Assembly: GCA_965230895.1 (NCBI GenBank)
Contig: OZ246394.1
Coordinates: 505,316 to 569,315 of the forward strand
Source: an uncultured Gammaproteobacteria bacterium
Lineage (GTDB): Bacteria; Patescibacteriota; Microgenomatia; Levybacterales; UBA12049
DNA: 64,000 bases
Direction: 5' to 3'
Of this stretch, positions 59,359 through 64,000 are shown in pieces. The notes beneath the pieces were generated by a model. That model was not told the DNA's origin. It did no database searches and was given only the letters and a program-made list of their open reading frames with translations. Both the position numbers and the translations under genes were made by a program. How positions within the stretch are numbered: the stretch's first letter is position 1; each line of letters begins with the position of its first letter.

Positions 59359-60346
59359 AAACCTTGTTTTATTTTCTGGACTAGTCTTTGCAGCAAGCGG
59401 CCTTTTATTTGCTATCGCTCAGAAACTTTCTCCACTTTTGGATCATGCAGTCTATTATTGTCAATCACTTATTACAACGTATACAGCTCCTATTCCCTAT
59501 TTTTTAAGCATTATCCCGCTTGTCCTGCTTTTTTTACTCGTTGCTATCTCACTCATTAAATTCTTTACTTTAAGTACTAAAGTAACCTTACTGCGACGGA
59601 AATTACATGGCAAAAAAATCATTAGTAAAAAATTACTTTCATTATTGAAATGTCTAGGGCTAGAAAAAAACACAATGATTATCCACTCAGAAAAACCCTT
59701 TGCTTATTGTCTTGGTGTAAAAAATCCAAAAATCTATATCTCGACAGGTCTAATTGCAAAATTAAATCGAAAAGAACTTGAAGTAGTACTACGACATGAG
59801 CAGTATCATCTGGAAAATCACGATACATTTACAATGATTATTGCATCTGTTGCGTATTCGCTTCTTCCATTCTTCCCTTTACTTGGAGATTTTATTAAGA
59901 AATATCGTATAGAAAGAGAAATACAAGCAGACTCATTTGCAATCAACAAAATTGGTAGCCAATACCCTCTTATTTCAGCACTTAGAAAGCTTCTTAAATT
60001 TCCCTCCATAAAGCGTGTAGAGATTGCAGCAATTGCTGACCATGACACTCTTGAGCCAAGAATATATTCGTTACTGGATAAACGTTATAATCGTAGACAA
60101 TATAGAATAAAACATTTAGCAATAACGCTACTTTCTACATTTCTTCTTGGAACTATTATGATAAGTCCCATATACGCAGAAGAAATTCACCATGTAAACC
60201 ACGACGTTGTTATGTTCTGTACAGATGGGGCATGTATGAACTCATGTAAAAGCGAGAAAAATTTAAAAGCGATTCCTGCAACATCAAGCAGTAAAGACCG
60301 ATCAACACAGAAGGCTTCACATATGTATTCTCCTGTTAAAGATTAG
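59342..60346 (+). CDS. M56 family (BlaR1-like) metallopeptidase
   Basis: HEQYH, REIQAD, TMs; His/Cys-rich C-terminal tail. Confidence 0.88.
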   Translation: MININKNLVLFSGLVFAASGLLFAIAQKLSPLLDHAVYYCQSLITTYTAPIPYFLSIIPLVLLFLLVAISLIKFFTLSTKVTLLRRKLHGKKIISKKLLSLLKCLGLEKNTMIIHSEKPFAYCLGVKNPKIYISTGLIAKLNRKELEVVLRHEQYHLENHDTFTMIIASVAYSLLPFFPLLGDFIKKYRIEREIQADSFAINKIGSQYPLISALRKLLKFPSIKRVEIAAIADHDTLEPRIYSLLDKRYNRRQYRIKHLAITLLSTFLLGTIMISPIYAEEIHHVNHDVVMFCTDGACMNSCKSEKNLKAIPATSSSKDRSTQKASHMYSPVKD

Positions 60347-60378
60347 CCTGTAGCAATTTTACTCTTGACATCAGTCAT

Positions 60379-60409
60379 CATATCCTACTACACTATGTAG
60401 TAGGATATG
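60379..60409. promoter_or_regulatory. Perfect palindromic operator (14-bp arms) before dsbA
   Basis: CATATCCTACTACA-CTA-TGTAGTAGGATATG; TTGACA at 60365. Confidence 0.85.
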
Positions 60410-61261
60410 CAGAAAAATATTCAACCCATAAAGGATCAAAATACAAAATCAGAAGAAAAGAAATCTTCAGGCTATGTAAATATAGCGATACCTAAATTTG
60501 CACTACCTCGCTCTACCAATGGATATCTCGTTATTGTTTTAATTATTTTTGCATTCCTACTTGGAATGTTAACAAATAAAGTTTTGTATTTAGAAAATGT
60601 TCAAAAATCTGGAGTGAATAGTCTAACAGCGAACAACCCTTCTTTAGATAACGCACAAGCTCCTCAAGCTATTCCTACTGAAGACTTAAGTCCAAAGAAA
60701 GTATCAATTGATGATGATCCAGTCATAGGAGATAAAAATGCAAAAGTTACCATAATCGATTTTACGGATTATGAATGTCCTTTCTGTAAAAAGTATTTTG
60801 ATGAGACATTCGCTCAAATAAAAAAAGAGTATATTGATAGCGGGAAAGTAAAGTATGTCGTAAGAGATTTACCACTGAGCTTTCACCAAAATGCCCCAAA
60901 AGAAGCTGAAGCAGCAGAATGCGCAAGAGAACAGGGTGGAGATGAAGGATATTTCAAATATCACGATGAAATATTTAAAAGGACAACTTCAAATGGTACT
61001 GGTCTAGCACTTAATCAACTCTCAGTTATTGCAAATGATTTAGGGCTCAATGGAGATGAATTGCAGACATGTCTCGATGCTGACAAATATAAAGCAGAAA
61101 TAGAGAAGGATCTAGCAGATGCTGGGAAAGCTGGAGCATCAGGAACACCATCATTTTTTATAGGTAAGTCTTCACCAGACAATATAATTAGCGGCACACC
61201 ACTTATCGGTGCGCAGCCATTTAGTTCGTTCAAAACTGCTATTGATCAACAGCTTCAATAG
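60407..61261 (+). CDS. DsbA family thioredoxin-fold protein
   Basis: FTDYECPFC, PLSFH, GTPSF, GAQP. Confidence 0.92.
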   Translation: MQKNIQPIKDQNTKSEEKKSSGYVNIAIPKFALPRSTNGYLVIVLIIFAFLLGMLTNKVLYLENVQKSGVNSLTANNPSLDNAQAPQAIPTEDLSPKKVSIDDDPVIGDKNAKVTIIDFTDYECPFCKKYFDETFAQIKKEYIDSGKVKYVVRDLPLSFHQNAPKEAEAAECAREQGGDEGYFKYHDEIFKRTTSNGTGLALNQLSVIANDLGLNGDELQTCLDADKYKAEIEKDLADAGKAGASGTPSFFIGKSSPDNIISGTPLIGAQPFSSFKTAIDQQLQ

Positions 61262-61327
61262 CTCAAATTTATTTACCAAGCGTAAGTGATTGATAACGAA
61301 ATATATATTTTGAAAGGAGGTGATAAT

Positions 61328-61501
61328 ATGTTTAAAAAACTAACGATAGCAACAGGAGTATTTGCAGTATCAGCAATGGCTGCGGCAACAATGACATTTG
61401 CACAAACAGCAGCACCAACAACAAGCAACACGACAACTGTATCGCCTACAAACAGTGTGGCTATGCCTAGTTCAGCACCAGCAACGGGTAAAGCTGAATA
61501 A
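61328..61501 (+). CDS. 57-aa secreted Ser/Thr-rich peptide ending APATG-KAE
   Basis: SD AAAGGAGGTGA; signal peptide ending TFA-Q; directly upstream of the sortase. Confidence 0.75.
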   Translation: MFKKLTIATGVFAVSAMAAATMTFAQTAAPTTSNTTTVSPTNSVAMPSSAPATGKAE

Positions 61502-61573
61502 ATTGGCTTTAACAAAATATAAGGGCATGGTGCGTTAATGACTATTAGCGCATCATGCTCAGAAAAGAAGAAT

Positions 61574-62188
61574 ATGAAAAATAAGTTAATAGTAACAATA
61601 GTTATCATTGGTATATCTGTAGGAATTGGCTTTGGAAATTATTTATCAAAAAAAAATACAAGTAACATCGAACAAAAACAAACAGTGCTTTCAGCTCAAA
61701 CAAAAGAAAAGCAAACTGTTACTTCAAATAAACAATCTGAACCAGGTATACCATTAAAGATACAAATACCTAAAATTGATGTTGATGCCAAGATTGAAGC
61801 CGTTGGTAATGACGAGAACGGCAGAATGGATGTACCAAAAGATGCAGATGAAATTGCATGGTATGAACCAGGTTTCCTGCCAGGAAAGGATGGCAACGCA
61901 GTGCTCGCAGGACACTACGATAAAAAAGACGGGTCACCCGCCGTTTTCTGGAAATTAAATAAACTTAAAGAGGGAGATAAAATAATAGTAACTGATGATA
62001 AAGGAGAGAAACGAACCTTTTTTGTAGTTAAAATGGCTAAGTATCCTTATGATAATTTCCCTTTAGGAGAAGTCTTTGGTGATTCTGAGAGACCTATGCT
62101 TAATCTCATTACTTGTCAAGGTTCATGGAATGAAAAGTCAAATACCTACGCGGAAAGGTTAGTTGTCTATGCCCAACAAGAATTATAG
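61574..62188 (+). CDS. Class F sortase
   Basis: GNAVLAGH.D, LITC.G, ERLVV. Confidence 0.9.
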   Translation: MKNKLIVTIVIIGISVGIGFGNYLSKKNTSNIEQKQTVLSAQTKEKQTVTSNKQSEPGIPLKIQIPKIDVDAKIEAVGNDENGRMDVPKDADEIAWYEPGFLPGKDGNAVLAGHYDKKDGSPAVFWKLNKLKEGDKIIVTDDKGEKRTFFVVKMAKYPYDNFPLGEVFGDSERPMLNLITCQGSWNEKSNTYAERLVVYAQQEL

Positions 62189-62226
62189 TATTATAAATTG
62201 TTTTGAGTTGATAAAACGAAATTAAT

Positions 62227-62245
62227 CTACTACAATAAGTCGTAG
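62227..62245. promoter_or_regulatory. Third copy of the BlaI-like operator
   Basis: CTACTACA-ATA-AGTCGTAG. Confidence 0.65.
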
Positions 62246-62355
62246 GTATTTATATATGGCAACTTGAAGAAAGTCACTTAGTAATACTCATACTTTTATT
62301 GGGGTTATCAATGTATACCCAAAGAATATTATAGACAAATTAAATATCGAATAAT

Positions 62356-63405
62356 ATGGATTTAATAACAATATTTTTTACAGGTCTTTTTGCTGGAGCA
62401 CTTACCTGTCTTGCTGTGCAAGGCGGATTACTTGCAACTACCCTTGCACAAAGGCATGAGCAAGAGCTACAAGAAAAGACTAAGGGAACTGGTAATGCGC
62501 TTCCCATACTTTCGTTTTTAGTTGCTAAACTTGGTGCATATACATTATTAGGGTTTTTACTAGGAGGTTTTGGTTCTCTATTCCAATTGTCACTTACTGC
62601 TAATATACTATTACAATTTGGCGTTGGTATTTTTATGCTCGGCACAGCATTAAATTTACTTAATGTACACCCAATCTTCCGTTACTTTATTGTACAACCA
62701 CCTCGCTTCTTGACGAGACTCGTGAGAAAAGAATCAAAAAGCAAAAGTGTTTTAGCTCCAGCAATTTTAGGCGCATTTACCGTATTTATTCCATGCGGAA
62801 CTACACAAGCAATGATGGCTCTTGCAATAGCATCTGGCAATCCATTTTCAGGCGCTGCAATTTTGTTTGCATTTGTATTAGGAACATCTCCATTGTTTTT
62901 TACGCTTGGTTATTTGGCAACACGTCTCGGAGAAAGTATGCAACAAAAATTTACTAAAGTTGCTGCATTTACACTCATTCTTCTTGCTATATTTAACCTT
63001 AATAATGTCCTTGCACTTACTGGAAGTAAGGTGACACTTGAAAGTATAGGTAAAGGTTTCTTTTGCGCAGTGAGTTACTGCGAAAGCTCTTCAGCTTATG
63101 CCAGTAATACTAATCCAAGTAATGCAAAAGCACGTCCAGTTAATCAAGCAACAATTACAATTGAGGAGACAGGCTACAACCCAGATAATATAACCGTGAA
63201 AGCAGGATCGCAGGTTACACTTAACATAAAAAACACTGGTGGAGGTGGATGTACACAAGCATTTACATTGCCCAAATATAATATCCAAAAAGTTGTTCCA
63301 ATTGGAACTTCGGATACAATCACCTTTACAGCGCCAAACGAGCCGGGACCACTCACCTTTATGTGTAGCATGGGAATGTATCGTGGAACGATAAACGTCA
63401 TTTAA
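62356..63405 (+). CDS. DsbD_2/TauE-SafE-like membrane protein with C-terminal cupredoxin
   Basis: LTCLAVQGG, FIPCG.TQ, FVLGTSP; GC..CSMGMY. Confidence 0.85.
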   Translation: MDLITIFFTGLFAGALTCLAVQGGLLATTLAQRHEQELQEKTKGTGNALPILSFLVAKLGAYTLLGFLLGGFGSLFQLSLTANILLQFGVGIFMLGTALNLLNVHPIFRYFIVQPPRFLTRLVRKESKSKSVLAPAILGAFTVFIPCGTTQAMMALAIASGNPFSGAAILFAFVLGTSPLFFTLGYLATRLGESMQQKFTKVAAFTLILLAIFNLNNVLALTGSKVTLESIGKGFFCAVSYCESSSAYASNTNPSNAKARPVNQATITIEETGYNPDNITVKAGSQVTLNIKNTGGGGCTQAFTLPKYNIQKVVPIGTSDTITFTAPNEPGPLTFMCSMGMYRGTINVI

Positions 63406-63410
63406 TTATT

Positions 63411-63656
63411 ATGCAAACAGTCAAACTAAAGATATACGGAATGCACTGTACAAGTTGCGCCTTTAATATAGACGGAGAACTTGAGGATAATGAGGGAGTT
63501 AAAGAATCGAAGACAAACTATGCCAAGCAGCAAACAGAAGTTATATTCGATGGAGAAAAAGTATCAGCAAAGCAATTAGTTTCTATTATTAAGAGTTTGG
63601 ACACTGCATATGATGCTGAAATAATTAATATTACACCTTATAGCAAAATACGATGA
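63411..63656 (+). CDS. Heavy-metal-associated (CopZ-like) chaperone
   Basis: GMHCTSC. Confidence 0.88.
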   Translation: MQTVKLKIYGMHCTSCAFNIDGELEDNEGVKESKTNYAKQQTEVIFDGEKVSAKQLVSIIKSLDTAYDAEIINITPYSKIR

Positions 63657-64000
63657 AAAGAAAAGTGATTTACGCACTTATTATTGCCTTTTTACTTACA
63701 GATATTATTGTCATTGGTTTTGTCCTCAATAAAATGTATAACAAGCCTGAAAAGACTCATTTCCATGCTGGCATCCAAGTGTATGTTAATGGAAAATTGC
63801 AGGACTTTTCAGATGAAAAATATATGAATACCACCCCATGCGCTCTTAAAGAAAACTCAAATGAACATGAATCACCTGAAGAAATCCAAATGGAAAAAGC
63901 ACATCTACATGACAATATAGGCAATGTTGCTCATGCACATTTAACAGGGGGCAAATGGAAAGATCTATTCCAAAATATGAAGTATGATATTGTTTCAAAA
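63653..64000 (+). CDS. His-rich exported protein, truncated by the window end
   Basis: ATGA overlap; TM then HFHAG..AHLHD..VAHAH; open to the end. Confidence 0.75.
   Translation, partial: MKRKVIYALIIAFLLTDIIVIGFVLNKMYNKPEKTHFHAGIQVYVNGKLQDFSDEKYMNTTPCALKENSNEHESPEEIQMEKAHLHDNIGNVAHAHLTGGKWKDLFQNMKYDIVSK

Noticed and set aside
58978-60346. Beta-lactam resistance locus
   Set aside because: No beta-lactamase or PBP gene, and the M56 protein lacks a penicillin-binding sensor domain.

Overview
The window looks like chromosome from a small-genome, AT-rich bacterium using code 11. The gene content (many leaderless genes, an EXLDI protein, an ATP-cone/Mrr protein, tRNA-Arg(UCG), PT-rich exported proteins) suggests Patescibacteria/CPR, probably Microgenomates; this is an inference. 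The backbone (1-43.8 kb) carries two histidine kinases, murI, eno, mgtE, a class II photolyase, a lexA-ORF-dinB mutagenesis cassette and two tRNAs. Accessory DNA in the backbone: (i) a phosphonate islet (5'-truncated PEP mutase, phosphonopyruvate decarboxylase, Fe-ADH) beside tRNA-His, and (ii) three stand-alone mini GIY-YIG nuclease genes, each tied to its own palindrome. One of these sits between tRNA-His and a hairpin-interrupted duplicate of that tRNA's 5' end, and another is bracketed by 30-bp inverted repeats. From about 43.9 kb to the window end lies a probable island with three modules: a tight five-gene CBASS-type operon (LexA-like repressor, 65-aa HTH-like protein, SMODS/AGS-C CD-NTase, SLATT, Cys-His papain-like protein); a ParB-MTase/MTase/TerS/TerL module with no portal or capsid genes next to it; and a copper/redox cargo (CsoR, CopA, BlaI/M56, DsbA, class F sortase preceded by a tiny anchor-less APATG peptide). 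All product calls come from motif recognition by eye; no database searches were run.
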